A stretch of 64,000 nt of DNA from Nageia nagi (Eukaryota; Plantae; Pinophyta). A program made the position numbers and the translations under genes. This document shows, one piece after another, positions 1-12,965 of this stretch. The notes under the pieces were generated by a model. The model was not told the origin of the DNA and did no database searches. It worked only from the letters and a program-made list of their open reading frames with translations. Where the stretch lies: positions 30,318,001-30,382,000 of the forward strand of contig JBITNC010000001.1 of assembly GCA_050084985.1 (NCBI GenBank), read 5' to 3'. Within the stretch, counting starts at the first letter, position 1. The number at the start of each line of letters is the position of its first letter.

Positions 1-1693
1 ACAGATTATAGCGATTGAAAATTGTATTGTAGTCTGTAATCTAGATATGTTCTCTGCAAGTTTCAGTAATTCCAAAAATTGAATTTTGCCATCTGTGTTA
101 AGTGGATTCCTTGGCTCTGTTTTTGGCTTGAGAAGAGAAGAGAAATCCAACATAAATGACCAGAAAAGTCATAGGATTCCATTTGAAGGACCCAATGTTT
201 GTTTTTGTTTTATGAAGACGGTTAAGAGGGCAAATATTAACTGTCTTGTGCATTATGGCGCACACTCAGACAGAATCGAACCCACGATGTTCTCGAACTA
301 CACAAAACACTTTACTAATGCAACAAAACAAGTAATATAAACAATGAAGGAATACGGTCACCCAAGTTGAGTCAAATACAACCCACAAGAAAGTTAACTC
401 TACCAAGTTAAGAGAGCAGCTTAGCCAGTTGAAGTTGGAGATTGCGTAAGTGAGAGGTGGTTTTATGGCCATCTATATCTGTTCCTGTAAATATCTGTTT
501 CTTTTATTGCAGGAAATGAATGTGTTGAGAAAGAGGATTTCTTTTAAGAAATGAAGGATGTGAGGATTTTGGCGGATCCGAAGAAGCTAAGCATTAGCCA
601 TTTGGAGGAGGCATTTCAGCAGAGTGCATTCTTCTTTCTGATGCGGCTTGTCATCTGTTTTTGTGTGACGTGGAGCTGAAGACTCCTGCATTCCGAAAGA
701 AACCGCGTGAGATGAAGATTGGAGAAAATGGTGTCCAGAGGAGAAGAAACTAGATATGGAGAAACGCTGCAGCGATAAAAAAGTGTGAAAAAGGCAATCG
801 TAATGGTAAGAAGCAGTCAAAAAGAGCTGTGAGTGTTGAAACTGCCGGGAAGTGTGTGTGATTTGTTTAGAAATGCCTGCACGAATATGAGGACAACATT
901 GACCTTAGAACAAAGAGAAGGCACGCTGTTTGCAGACAGTATTGGTGTGCCATGAGAAACAATAAGAACAAACTTTAGTAGATCAGATGCATAAGGCGTT
1001 GAGGAGTATTAAAGAATATGCAAACATTGCAATTTATTGCAAAAATGTGATGAGAATATTTATGTAACGATGAAAACAAAAAAATAGTGGTAGAAGAAGA
1101 GAGGGGGCACAAATGTGTTGTGAACCAAAGACAGCAGGGGTTTTAAGTGTTGTGTTATTTAAGTTGTGAGTTACAAATTTTATATTTGTGTGTTTATCAG
1201 TAAAATATGAAAGAAGAACTTAGATGAGTGACTCTTTGAACAACAGCGTAGAACTGTTAGTTAATGTAAAAGAGCAATGTAGTTATGAGTGAGTTAACCT
1301 TGTAGTTAGTATCATATTCTATTTAATTTGGTTATTACAGCAGTTGGTACTCATCTAATTGGGTAAGATGGAATGATGATCATATAGATACTTAAAAAAT
1401 TGTGATGACAAAATTTATCAAGAAAGATGTTAGAGATATGATTAGAGATGTTAATTTATGATAATCATTAGGCAGTTAATGAATTTATTGTGAAAAGTTA
1501 CAAGAACCTCCGTAAATTCTATGATCATCGATGTATATTTATTTGATGTTTTTTAATAAATTATTTGCTCGTTTGAACCTCTCCCATATTTTCTATCAAT
1601 TGACATCTCCAATATCTTTTGTCTCCTTATGAGATTGGAATTTTAAATTTTCGAATTTGCTACTTTATTTATGGTAAACAGGTTTAAAAACAG

Positions 1694-2691
1694 GTCTTCT
1701 TCGCTGCAGAAAGAGCTGCCGCCTGCGTTGGATCAACTATTTGAGACCTGATATAAAGCACGGACTATTATTCAGCTCCACGCAATCCTTGGGAAAAGGT
1801 ACCACATGAATTGTCACAATGAAAGCAAATTGTCACAGTTTCGATTTCGACTCCCACTTATATACTCCTTTGTATGTATCTTTTTACAAATGGTCTGCTA
1901 TATCAGCACAGTTGCCTGGGAGAACTGACAACGAGATCAAGAATTTTTGGAGCACACATCCGAAGAAGAAGCTGTTACGGATGGGACTCGATCCCTCAAC
2001 GCATGCTCCCAGGTCAGAGGGAGGTGTTTCCAACGGCTCTCAGTCCGCGGCCCTGATGAGGCACATGTCACAAGACTCGAAGCCGAAGCTCGGTTCTCCC
2101 GGGCTTCAGTGCTCTCATCATCATCCTGCAGTAAAATGGAAGCCAATGAAAATACAGACACCAACTATAATGGCAACCCATCTTCTGATTTGTTTTTGAA
2201 GCTCTGGAACTCGGAAGCAGGAAAGGCTTTCAGGAAGGAAACCGTAAATGACACTAACAATACGAACAATGAATGCAAAGTAATGGATGAAACTACTCCA
2301 GATCATAAGCCGGAGTTTTCTTGGACTAAAACAAATCCCCATATAACCTTCAGTCCGGGTTCTTCTTTCTTCTCTCTTTGGAGCTCTGAACAACTAAACT
2401 GGTACCAGTCACTCAAAGATCCGAATGGAGAAATCATAATAAACATAATCACTATAGTCTGGAAGATCATAATTAGATGATTGGATCGAAGGGGTCAGTT
2501 CTTATTCATATATAGGACATGCGGAAAACTGCAACAAGCCCGGTAATCACGAGTACTCGTTCAACTCTAGGGATATAAACTTAAATGGTCATGATAGACA
2601 AGAGTATGAAAGAAGTTTCTCAGATCTAATCCTAGATTTCCCTTATATCACTACTACATCTAACACAGGCAACAGTAATTTCAAATTGTAA
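1694..2691 (+). pseudogene. R2R3-MYB subgroup 9 (MYB17-like/MIXTA-related) pseudogene, exons 2-3; exon 1 not found in window
   Basis: Exon 2 (acceptor cag at 1691-1693, donor gt at 1799) encodes [24 protein letters not shown], then frameshifts into [11 protein letters not shown]; it is 105 nt versus the canonical 130 nt. Exon 3 reads [54 protein letters not shown] (SG9 motif missing WESA, frameshifted), [16 protein letters not shown] and a C-terminal DLILDFP, with stop at 2689-2691. The intron-2 acceptor is mutated to AA (1888-1889). Confidence 0.92.
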
Positions 2692-3399
2692 TATTGTATG
2701 CATTTTTTTCTTATATGTAAAAGATTTTTTTGTTGTGTTCAAATTTACTTTAATGTGAGGAGAGTTGAATGAGACAATAATGTGCTAACATTTTTAACTT
2801 AAAAAAAAAAATCTCAATTTCAAATCTCTTTAAGTACATTAAATTTATTATTTTTCTCATCAAAAACAAACATTTCTTAAAAAAATATTGAAATTAATTA
2901 TGTTGTTTAAAAATCTAAAATATTAATCTATCTTGTATTTTGAAGATCTATAGACTATTGTGAATGATATTGTTCTAGAATCTTCAATCAATCATCACAT
3001 TTGTAAGTAAGTTCAACAAAAACAAATGATGAAATTCTAATGGTTACTTTATCATAACTCAACTAAATTCATGAAGTAACAGGATAGCTGAAATAAATTT
3101 ATAATTTAAAATTTTGTATATATTTATCATGCTTGAATAAATTTATTATTTAAATTAAAATAATTCATAATATTATTTTTAACATTTTGATGTATAATAC
3201 TTTTTATTCAATATTTTTCAATTTTGTTATGTATTTTATTTATATCTTATAAATTAATATGATCTAACTATATAATTAAAAGTTAATTTAGATAAATCTT
3301 TCACAAAATTATTTTAACTAGATTTCAATAAATTAATTTTCAATTACAAGCTAAAAAAGTAAAACAATTATAATAAAAATGAAAAATATCATAAAAATA

Positions 3400-5490
3400 A
3401 ATTCTCTTATCTTGGTCCCCTTATTAATAAAGGGAATATTAAATCATTCTTAAACCAAGAGATCTCAAGTTCATTATTGGCATCCTATCACTTTCTAAAT
3501 GTATTCTACAAGATTATGGCCAAAGCTCTAGACTCCAACTTTGCTTTCTTTCATTTTTTGAACTAAACAAATAGGCTTCATTTCAGGTCGGTATATTCTT
3601 AACAATATCTTGGTGGTGTGGTAAAGAATGGAATGGGCACATTTATTGTACAAACATACCATTTCCATTAAAATCAACTTCAAGAAAGTATATGATAGGA
3701 TTGAGTGGTGTTTCATATAATCAATATTGGAAGCTCTTGGTTTTGATTCTCATTTTGTTGCCATAATTCGAATGCTATTCCATGATGCTTTTGCACTCAT
3801 GTCACTCAATAATTCATAAATTGAAGCAATAGGACTATTTTATTCGGTTAGATAAGGTTTCCCTTTGGCCCCTTCTTTATACGTACTAGTTGTAGAAATA
3901 CTTGGTTACCTTCTTGTCGAACAAGCTTCCCTTGGCTTAATTTAGGGAATTACTCTACCTAGCAATGCAAGCCAAATGACTAATGACCACTTTGTTGATG
4001 ACTCTTTCCTCACCATCAATGAATATGAGCAATCCATTTCTACAACCCTTAGATGTCTTGATATCTCAGATGTCTCAACCTAGTTGGATTGATCTCAATG
4101 GCATTAGATATTTCCTGTAGAAATATTTAAGTTTCTTAGCATTAACTTTTCTTTCTAAGGGTCACCATTACAATTATGGAAGCATGTCATTTACAAATTG
4201 GAAAAGAAATTAGAATACTGGATCTCCAAAAAACTTTCCTTAGTAGAAAAGTTTCAGATTTGTTCAAAGATTCTAGCTTCCACACACACATAGATAATAT
4301 ATATATATATATATACGCACACACTCTTGTTGGGTCCATTCCCAAGCTTTTTATACTAATATGAAATTATTTTGAGAGATTTTCTATGGTCCTTTAGTTT
4401 GGATCGAAAAGGTTTCCACAGAGTGGCATGTTCCACATATTATCATCATAGAGAAGGTGGTAGAATGGCTTTCCATATTGTATAAGATAAGGTAATACCT
4501 TATGTGTAAAGTAGATTTTTAAAGCTTTCAAAGGCTTGAAATCCTAAAAGTGCTCATCAATCATTTCATTTATTTGGGTTCTCCCCTCAACCATAAAGCT
4601 TGGGTAGGTATGAATTTTCCATCCCTTATTTTGACACTACTATATGTAAAAATTCCAAACTCATTTGTTATTTTAAGTATTTAAAAAGCTTGATAGCAAT
4701 TCAATTTGTGGATTACTTAGAATGGAGCAAGCACCTATAAGGGATTATCACTTACTTCTTTAAATCTCTAGTGATCTTCAACTATTAAGATTCAAATTCT
4801 ATATTTTTCTCAAATCCCTTAGGTGTATGCTCATAAATTCATAAATGCTTGAGATTGTTATAATTGTAGATTTCTTTTCAAGATAAACCTAGGATTAGAT
4901 ACTTTGGAATACCTTCAAATGTAATTTTTATTTAAATTTTGTGTATTATTCTTGATCTTTGGTATCCTTTTTGCTAGGAGCCAAAAACTTTTCTTCATAT
5001 ATTTTGGAGCTATAAAAATGTCCCTATAGTTTGGGAATGGCTTTCTTCCTTTTTTACCCCATATATGCCCATCCATTTTTCTTGGCAATATGCTTTATTA
5101 TGAGACTCTTTTACCCTCACTCTCTCTTTATGAGAAGTTTGAAAATGTTTAAAATCAACATTTTATTCCAAGTTTGGAAGGCTAGAAACAAGATTATTTT
5201 AAAAAATGTCAAGCCCTCTACTAGTTTTTTATTTACAGCTAAATTTAAAATTTTCTATTGTGTGTGCTTTCATATATATCATCAAGCTAAGAATATGAAA
5301 TTAGATGCGAAGTACCTCATGTCCCTCCTAGAGTATTGGGGATATGATCCATGTTCTATTAGTAGGTTACCACTAGATAGTACATTGTAGGATCTCTCTC
5401 ACTCTCTTTGATGTCGTTTGACACGTGAGTGAAGCACTTCATAGGGACACCATTGGGATTAGCCTCCCTATGGTTAGTGTTAATTTAATG
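3400..5490 (+). mobile_element. Decayed 5'-truncated L1-clade LINE (ORF2 RT region to 3' end)
   Basis: Broken RT motifs: W(R)PITLLNV.YKIMAKAL ~3478-3530, GRYILNNI ~3586, IKI.F.K.YDRIEW ~3667, (R)QG.PLAP.LY ~3850, HFVDDS (FADD) ~3988-4005. Many stops and frameshifts. Ends approximate. Confidence 0.8.
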
Positions 5491-5491
5491 A

Positions 5492-6050
5492 TAGGTAGCA
5501 CATGAATTATCACAATCAAAGCAAACACACCATGTACCAGTTTCAATTTCAAGTCCCACTTATGTACTCCTTTTTATTTTTAAAGATGGTTTGCTATAGC
5601 TGCATAGTTATTTGGGAGAACAAAAAATGAGATCAAGAATTTTTGGAAACCATAAATGACACTAACAATAATAATACTAAAAGTAAACTACTTGATCAAA
5701 CTATTCTTGATGATGAGTCAAAGTTTTTCTGGATTGAAACAAATCACCATATAACCTTCAATTCACTTTCTTCTTTCTTCTCTCTTTGCAAATCTGGACA
5801 ACTCAACTAGGATATGTCACTCAAAGATCTAAATGGAGAAAATAACAAGGAACATAATCACTATTGTTTGGAATATCATACTTTAGATGAATGTATTGAA
5901 GGGGTAAGTTATTATTCCTATATAGGACATGTAGAAAATATTAATGGTCATGATAGATATGAGTATGGAAGAAGTTTGTCAGATCTAATCCTAGATTTTT
6001 TGATACCATAACTACACCTAAGATAGACAACAATAATCTCAAATTGTAAT
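5492..6050 (+). pseudogene. Second, more decayed MYB17-like copy (intron 2 + internally deleted exon 3)
   Basis: Homologous to 1795-2691. Donor gt at 5495, intact acceptor AG at 5584-5585, then WFAIAA*LFGRTKNEIKNFW and a 288-nt deletion relative to copy 1. ORF 5814-6011 ends LSDLILDFLIP. Confidence 0.88.
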
Positions 6051-6445
6051 ATTGTATCTATTATTTAAAAAAAATTAGATGTTGAAAGATTTTTTTCTTA
6101 TGTTCAAATTGTCATCTAAGGAGAGTTTTTGGAGGGACAAGTGGATGTTAACACTCTCAACTTAAAAAAGGGAGGCCTTAAGTTAAAATTTCTCCCATAT
6201 ACATAAATTTATTATTTTTCTCCTCAAAAATAAGCATTTATACTTTAAAAAGAAAAAGATTAAAATAAATTATGTTGTTTAAAAATCTAAAAAGTTAATC
6301 TATCTTTTAATTTGATGATTTCCTTGTACTCTATCTTATAGTTTGAATATCTATAAACTATTGTGAATGATATTATTCTAGAATCTTCAATCAATCATCA
6401 TAATAGTAAGTGCATTCAATCAAAGCAAATGATAAAATTCATGAG
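5492..6445 (+). repeat. Tandem duplicate of ~1795-3040 (includes intron 2 and 3' flank)
   Basis: Shared blocks, e.g. 'ttctttcttctctctttg', 'cagatctaatcctagattt', 'ctagaatcttcaatcaatcatca' in both copies. Confidence 0.9.
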
Positions 6446-6959
6446 GAGACTTTTGCAAGAGCACAACTCCATACATTTTAATTGATTTTAATATGTATTA
6501 TTTTTTAATTAAACTTAATAGTTAATATAAAATGTGAACAAGAATTTGATTATGTTAGAAGGAAACATTCTATGGTTATATATGTCGAGTGCACCTACTC
6601 CCATTTTCTCCTAGAAAAACACTTGCACTAATTTTGTGTAATATCCAAAGCCTATGCTTATTTTATCATTGGTTAGATTGTTGTTCATATATCAAATTTG
6701 TTAACTTTTTTGCGTATACTAAGAGAGCTTTTTTTATTAAAGTAAACATTATTTTAAAAGGATTGGTTGTTATAATGTTCAATATTTTGGAAATAAATAT
6801 GTTTTTATGATAATATTCATGACTCTTTTCTTTTAGTTTATATTTCATAAAATATTGCTTAAAGTTCAAAAGTCACTTTTGATTATTATTGATTTTTTAT
6901 AATTTTAAATATTTGAATTGTTGAAAATTATGATATATAGTAGTAAAATTTAAATGGAG

Positions 6960-7063
6960 TTCTCAAGAGGACATTGTAGTGGTAAAATGATTCAAATAGG
7001 TGGGAGGAGGTAACAAGTTTGAATCCCTTTAATGGATCTCTAGTGGTACTATGTGGCTACAAT
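6960..7063 (+). mobile_element. Fragment of tRNA-derived SINE (matches monomer at 13203-13305)
   Basis: tctcaagaggacattgtagtggtaaaatg...gtttgaatccc...atggatctc...tggtactatgtggctacaat aligns with 13203-13305; carries a B-box-like GTTTGAATCC. Confidence 0.6.
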
Positions 7064-7694
7064 TTTGATAGTAAGATTTAAATGTAAATTACAATAATTA
7101 TATTATTTTAAATTTGATATAGATATTATGTTAATATTTTTATCTAAAAAGAGCATATTTTTTTAATAAAATATTCTTCAAAGATTGAAAGTTTCATAAG
7201 CTTCTAGGGTTTTATCCTCATTCATCTTCAACCTATGTTATTACATACATCCCTCAAGATTTTCTACATGAATAATAAATTGTTACATTTGCTGCAATAT
7301 TTTTTAATAAATTTATCTTTGGAATTTTTATTTCTTTTTTAATATGACCTTGTTTCACTTACTTTGAAGTTACTATAAAAGAGAGTTATGGAATTTTGAA
7401 AGAACCCATGTAAATAGATGTTGAAAATTTTAATCATAATGTAACTCTCCCACTTTAGATGTTGTAATCCAAATTCACTATTTCAATAAAGTTTATTAAT
7501 GCTTTAGAGAATTCACTTTAATGGGTATTTTCTAATTCATATTCTAAATGAAAATATCATTTACAATTGGATACAAAATTCCTACCATCCACATGAGATT
7601 ATAACTGAACATATTCAAAAATTACCAAGGGATTCTTTCATATATTTTCTTGACCCCTAGAATGTAATGGCCATCCTTAGAAAGAGGCTCTAGG

Positions 7695-7715
7695 TATATA
7701 TATGTGTGTGTGTGT

Positions 7716-7778
<63 letters not shown>
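7695..7778. repeat. (TA)n(TG)n microsatellite
   Basis: Direct observation. Confidence 0.97.
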
Positions 7779-7779
<1 letters not shown>

Positions 7780-8284
7780 TATTTTTTATTAATATTGAAT
7801 AAATTTTGAATTAATAAAATAAATCTATAGTTTTGAAAGGATATTTGAGAACCTTGTACATCATCATAGTTATCAAAGTATAAGAGTTTTTCATAACTTT
7901 ATAATTGTTCTATCATAGTCTAAATAAAACAAAAAAAATACTTATAATGTAAAAAATAAAGCAAATGCTTGTAGTGACCAAATTATAGTAATTGTGTATA
8001 CATTATTAAATGAATAATTGATGCTTTAGATAAAAATAAGCATACTAAATATAGTAAAATGAAGCATAGAGCACAACATTAAAAAAATTAAAAAATTAAT
8101 TTTTCTCCATCTATTGATGTCTACGGTTTGTTAAACATCAAAAGTTTTGGTGTAAAATATTTGACCCTGTTGTAAAGCCCCCAATGCATACCCATAAAAG
8201 TTTTGAGGTAGAAAACTTCATTCTTTCTTCCATAGTTATCCTTTTAAAATCTAAATTTTAGCCTCTAATACCCTTTCTTATAGA

Positions 8285-9087
8285 TGTTGACACCTAAAAG
8301 TGGTTACCTTAACATGATCCCACTTAGGTGCAACTTTACACACAATTAATCATATTTTAGTCATATTTTACCTTATTATCACATTTTTCTTAGGTTGCAT
8401 TCTTATGTTTTATGTTAGGTACATTGGGATAGCTTCTACCAATATTCAAGGGGTCAAATGCTGAATCACACTTGATATAAATGTAAGTATCTCTAACCTA
8501 AGGAAAGCATGTCAAGATTACATTTTGATAGCTGGTACCCTACACTTGGATGTTTCTAAACACTACCTATTGAGACTAGAATCTTGTTATCAATTAAGCG
8601 AATATATGTTATCTACATCTGTAATCATATGCTTGGTTCAACTTATCATCAAATATATTATCATTAATCCTTTTTTGGTAAACCTCATTCCTCAAGAATG
8701 GCCATGCCTATGCTAATGTTCTTGCCTATGTTGAGCTCTTAAATATCTGCACCCATGTTGGTATTTGTTTTGTAGTTGGCCTTGGGATTCATACAACAAG
8801 ATTACTACTACTTGGTAAGTTCCTTCATCATATCCTTGACCTCGACATAAGTAAGGACATAGATGTATTTATATTTTACTTGATTCCTTTCTCTTTATTG
8901 CATGTAGTTAAACTTTACATCTAGATATCAATATAATTTTTTATTTTATTACTACACTATTGAATTCCTTTATTCATGTATATTTATTTGAGTAAATTAG
9001 CTTAGATAAATCATATAATAAATGTTTATGTACTTTTAGTTCATTTAACATAAAATCCTAGGTAATACCAAAACAAATATATCAACA
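8285..9087 (+). repeat. 5' LTR of element X
   Basis: TG...CA with tgttga/tcaaca termini; homologous to 21054-21838 and, reversed, to ~57660-58482. Confidence 0.88.
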
Positions 9088-9652
9088 TATTGGGGCCCAC
9101 CTTTCATAAAATGTTCTCTCTCTTAATTAGTATTAGAATATAAAGTGCTCTTAAACCTACAATTCTATTGCAATATCAAACCTATTAAAGGTTTTTTTTA
9201 TATACTATATTCCTAAGGAATTTTTTGTCACTAGTAATGAAAATGCACATCTTAATACTAGCCATGTAGCTAACAAAATGCAAAAGAGAAGAAGAATCCA
9301 TAAACCTAAAGTGTTTCAAAGGAGAAGAGAACAAATCCATACCAAACAACCATATATTGATGTGTAGGAGTAGATAACAAAAGAAGCTACTCATAGTGCT
9401 TTAGATCAAGAGAGCTTTAAAAATAGCTTTGATAATTCAACTAAGATAGTAAATCAAAGGATCAATTCAGATAATACAAGATATCAACCTTCTTCAAATA
9501 AATAACTTCCTATCACAATTGAAGAGGATATCATTGCCCGATGTAAAGATCCAAAATACAACTAAAGTGCAATTAAACCCAAAAATATAAGTATGCATCC
9601 AACATCTGGTCTAGAAGAGCAAATAAAAGCATAAAAATATTTATTTTACCAA

Positions 9653-10788
9653 TGTTAGGGTTAGGGCATCCATATAAAGCATTAACAACACCAAGATGCT
9701 AATGTCTAGAAAATACTAGTAGCAAATATCAATGAACAATACCTTGCAATACTGACATCTAGCTTACACATGCATAATCAAACATACACAGCATAATGTC
9801 TCATACATAGATATAATAATAATATAATATGAGATCTAAAATCCCAATGGTTATATATAATATGTACAATGCCCAATAATACAATACTATGCCAATAGGG
9901 TTGATGTTAACCTCCAAGGAGCCAACTAGATTATATTCGAATGTCTCTCATTACTAGATTGATACAAAACTATGGAATAGTATTACTCACTCAAAATCTT
10001 AATCCTCTCTACTAAAGGAGCCCTCTTGAAACCCTAGATAATCACTAAAGGTAGAAGTTATACCTTAGAATACCATTGAATTGGAAAGGGTGTTGCACCA
10101 ATACCATAGATGATCAAGATCCCTTAGCTTGAAATCCATCCTATATGTTGCACCTATGGGATTGCTTAGCACCACTAAGTCTTGTATCCATAAGATGATA
10201 TTAAGAGATAAATGTATAATTAGGTATCTTTAGTAATGAGGATCCAATATCTCTTTATACACTCAACCCTATCTGGATCTCACCTAGGAGCCATCACCTA
10301 TATTCTTAATCCCAACTTTAGCCTCCTAGGGGCCTATAATGCCCAAGGTGGGTGCCTAGGGGTTAGGCATGCTAATGTGGGACCTTGAAGTGCATTAAGT
10401 ACCAAGGTGGGGGTTTAAGATTTCTATACATTCCCATGTAGGTCAAGGGGTCATGCATGGGGTCTAGGTGTCATGTTGGACCAAAATGGGGGTATGGAAT
10501 CCTCCTTAAGGCTAGAACATGCATATAGGTGTCTATACATCTATCTAAGTGTAATAATAGACCTTGGGATTTCCATAATCAAGATCAAGATATCCAAGTA
10601 CAATAATAACACCTAATCTAATATTGGGAGGGAGACATTCCCCTTGGGGCTCATAGTGGGGTCCATTGACCCATTAAGTCTTCTATCCCAAGTTACAAAC
10701 ATGAAAGTACAATGCAATAATAAAATATATTACAAGAGAAACCATTGGATTTCATAATTAATTACAACTATGCAAGGGCGACATCACA
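9653..10788 (-). mobile_element. Probable orphan LTR (Z) of another retrotransposon inside X
   Basis: Minus strand starts TGTGATGTC (10788), has TATA-like gtataaagag near 10255 and ends CCCTAACA followed by TTGGTA (start of a Met-type PBS). No TSD and no second copy in window. Confidence 0.4.
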
Positions 10789-12129
10789 TTTGATTCAGTG
10801 ATGATGAGGTATTCAATATGGTTATGAGATCTAAGGAGAATAAGCACAAGTTCATCAAGTTTCTTAGTGGACTACCAATTGAGGAAAAGGCTTATGCATT
10901 TGATGCACTTAAAGATGTAGAAGTGGTAAAACAATGTAATTTATGGAATTGTAATAGGTATAAGGAGAACATTCCTCCTAATGACATGAATCTTACATAT
11001 TGAAATATGAATTTGGGATTATTCATAAAAAGGTCTACATCCATGCCAAATGTTCACCCATTTGTCCTTCTATAAGCTAGTGCAAATGCCCATATTAGCA
11101 TGAGCATTGAACCTTTGGCATAGTTAACAAGTCCAATTCCTCCAATGATTCCCATGATGGATGTAGATAAGGAAAATTAGAAATAAATCATTAATATAAT
11201 CAACAATGTTAGTGAAAATATTTCTCAAGCTACTACATTACAAGATTTGCTTCATCAAGAAGCACAAGTTGATAATATAGTTCTAGCTAATGATGAAAAT
11301 GGTCTAGCTATGCAAGTTGAATAGAATAAAAAAGATGACATGTTCTATATTTTGATAATGATACAAATATTTTTGAATGTGAACAAGATGATCCTAAAAA
11401 ATATGAATAAATCAATAAGCTTCTAGTAGTGATTGATACACCATGTCCATATTGATCATGAGAAGATAACATTATCAAAATAAATTTTATTCATTCAGTT
11501 GATGATCAAATTTTAGCAAACAAGAGTATCCCTAAAAAAATAAAATATTACAAATGATTACTTCACAAAGTGCAAAATAATTATACAACTAAATGAGGAT
11601 TATTTCAAGTCAAGAATAAGCAACCAATTTAGTGTACTCACATTGGTGAGTGAAAATATCAAAAAGAAGAAATAAATAGATTTCTTACCCAAGATATATA
11701 ACCAATCCTTAGATGGAATCAAGAAGAAAATGACATCAAGTGTATGAAAATCCTTAAATGCAATAGAGAAAATATGATATTGATATCTCATACTAATAGA
11801 GAATGGTTTATCTCATCCACATTATACAACATGATCTATGATAGGGATGATAGAATATGAGATTTCAATGTATTCAAACCTAGATAACAACTAGCAACAT
11901 TTGAATCAAGATAACATTTTGAACAACTAATTGAATATTCAAATGAAGATATTCCATTTATTATACTACCTCCACCCTTGGAGGATGTAGTACTAATGAT
12001 AACTCAAGATAGAATTGAAGGAATACAATAACAAATTAATATAATAACTAAGAATCAAGTATTAGCTACTCAATGAAATAAAGACAATAATCCTTTGTGC
12101 ATGCAAATCAAAATATGGTATTACTCTCT

Positions 12130-12510
12130 AGCAAAGAGTTAAAGTTCACAAAATTTGATGGTACTACTAATCCTTATCTTTATGTATGTACTTTTTTGAT
12201 GAAGTACCTTTAACCACTTTGGATGAGGACTTGCATGCTAATTTATTTCATTTTTCTCTAAAAGGAGAAGCCTTAGAATGGTTCAACAAATTACCACATG
12301 CTAGTATTACTAGTTTTACACAACTAAAGATTGTATTTTATGATCATTTTCAACTTTGTATTGCAAAGAAGTTTACATTTGGTAATTTGATGAATCTAAA
12401 GCCTACAACTCAGCCATCCTTTATAAAAAGAATACCAAAGGAGTGTAAATCAGATAAATTCTATGAATATCACCAATAGTAAGGGAATGCAACAAAGCAT
12501 TGTATTTCTG
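12130..12510 (+). pseudogene. gag remnant of element X
   Basis: KFDGTT.P..., DLHANLFHFSLKGEALEWFNKLPHASITSFTQLKIVFYDHF (Retrotrans_gag-like; ORF 12186-12479), followed by a decayed zinc-knuckle-like F.EYHQ..G.....C. Confidence 0.85.
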
Positions 12511-12965
12511 GATTTCTTCAATTCCAAGTCATCAAACACAAATGTCAACCTTTTGTGTACACTTCCTCCACCATGATAGAAAGGTATTCATTGTTGTTCT
12601 TGGTCTTATCATTTATAGTTTTTTGACATGTATATAGTAGTATAAGTGTATTTATTTTTATTTTGTGATCAAATTCCCTTTATATATTTGCATTTATGCT
12701 AGAATATAATTCACTTTTCTTTCATCTCCACTACATAAGGTACATCCATTAAATATTATGAGTCACACCCATCTATCCCTTGGTAGCTCCATTCAGGCAC
12801 TGACATCAGTGTGTAAGTTGGTTTCTTGCTAAATATTAGGAAGCTAATAGTATATTTGATATATTTTATTTCCTTATAAGGTTCATACCTATACCTCTTA
12901 TGTTGTTGGCATCATCTACTAAGAAAAACTCATCCTATTTCAATTTGATAACTTTTTATTTTGGT

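Noticed and set aside
551-679. Short ORF ending FFLMRLVICFCVTWS as a DVL/RTFL peptide
   Set aside because: Lacks the conserved R.YI.RRC..MLLCW motif; resemblance is superficial.
1819-2480. ORFs 1819-2199 and 1947-2480 as real genes
   Set aside because: They are frameshifted pieces of MYB exon 3; the first starts inside intron 2.
8525-8716. ORF shared among X LTRs (also 58076-58288) as a conserved peptide
   Set aside because: Similarity follows from LTR homology; starts and stops differ between copies.
9654-9666. TTAGGG x2 as telomeric repeat
   Set aside because: Only two units, located at an LTR-like terminus.
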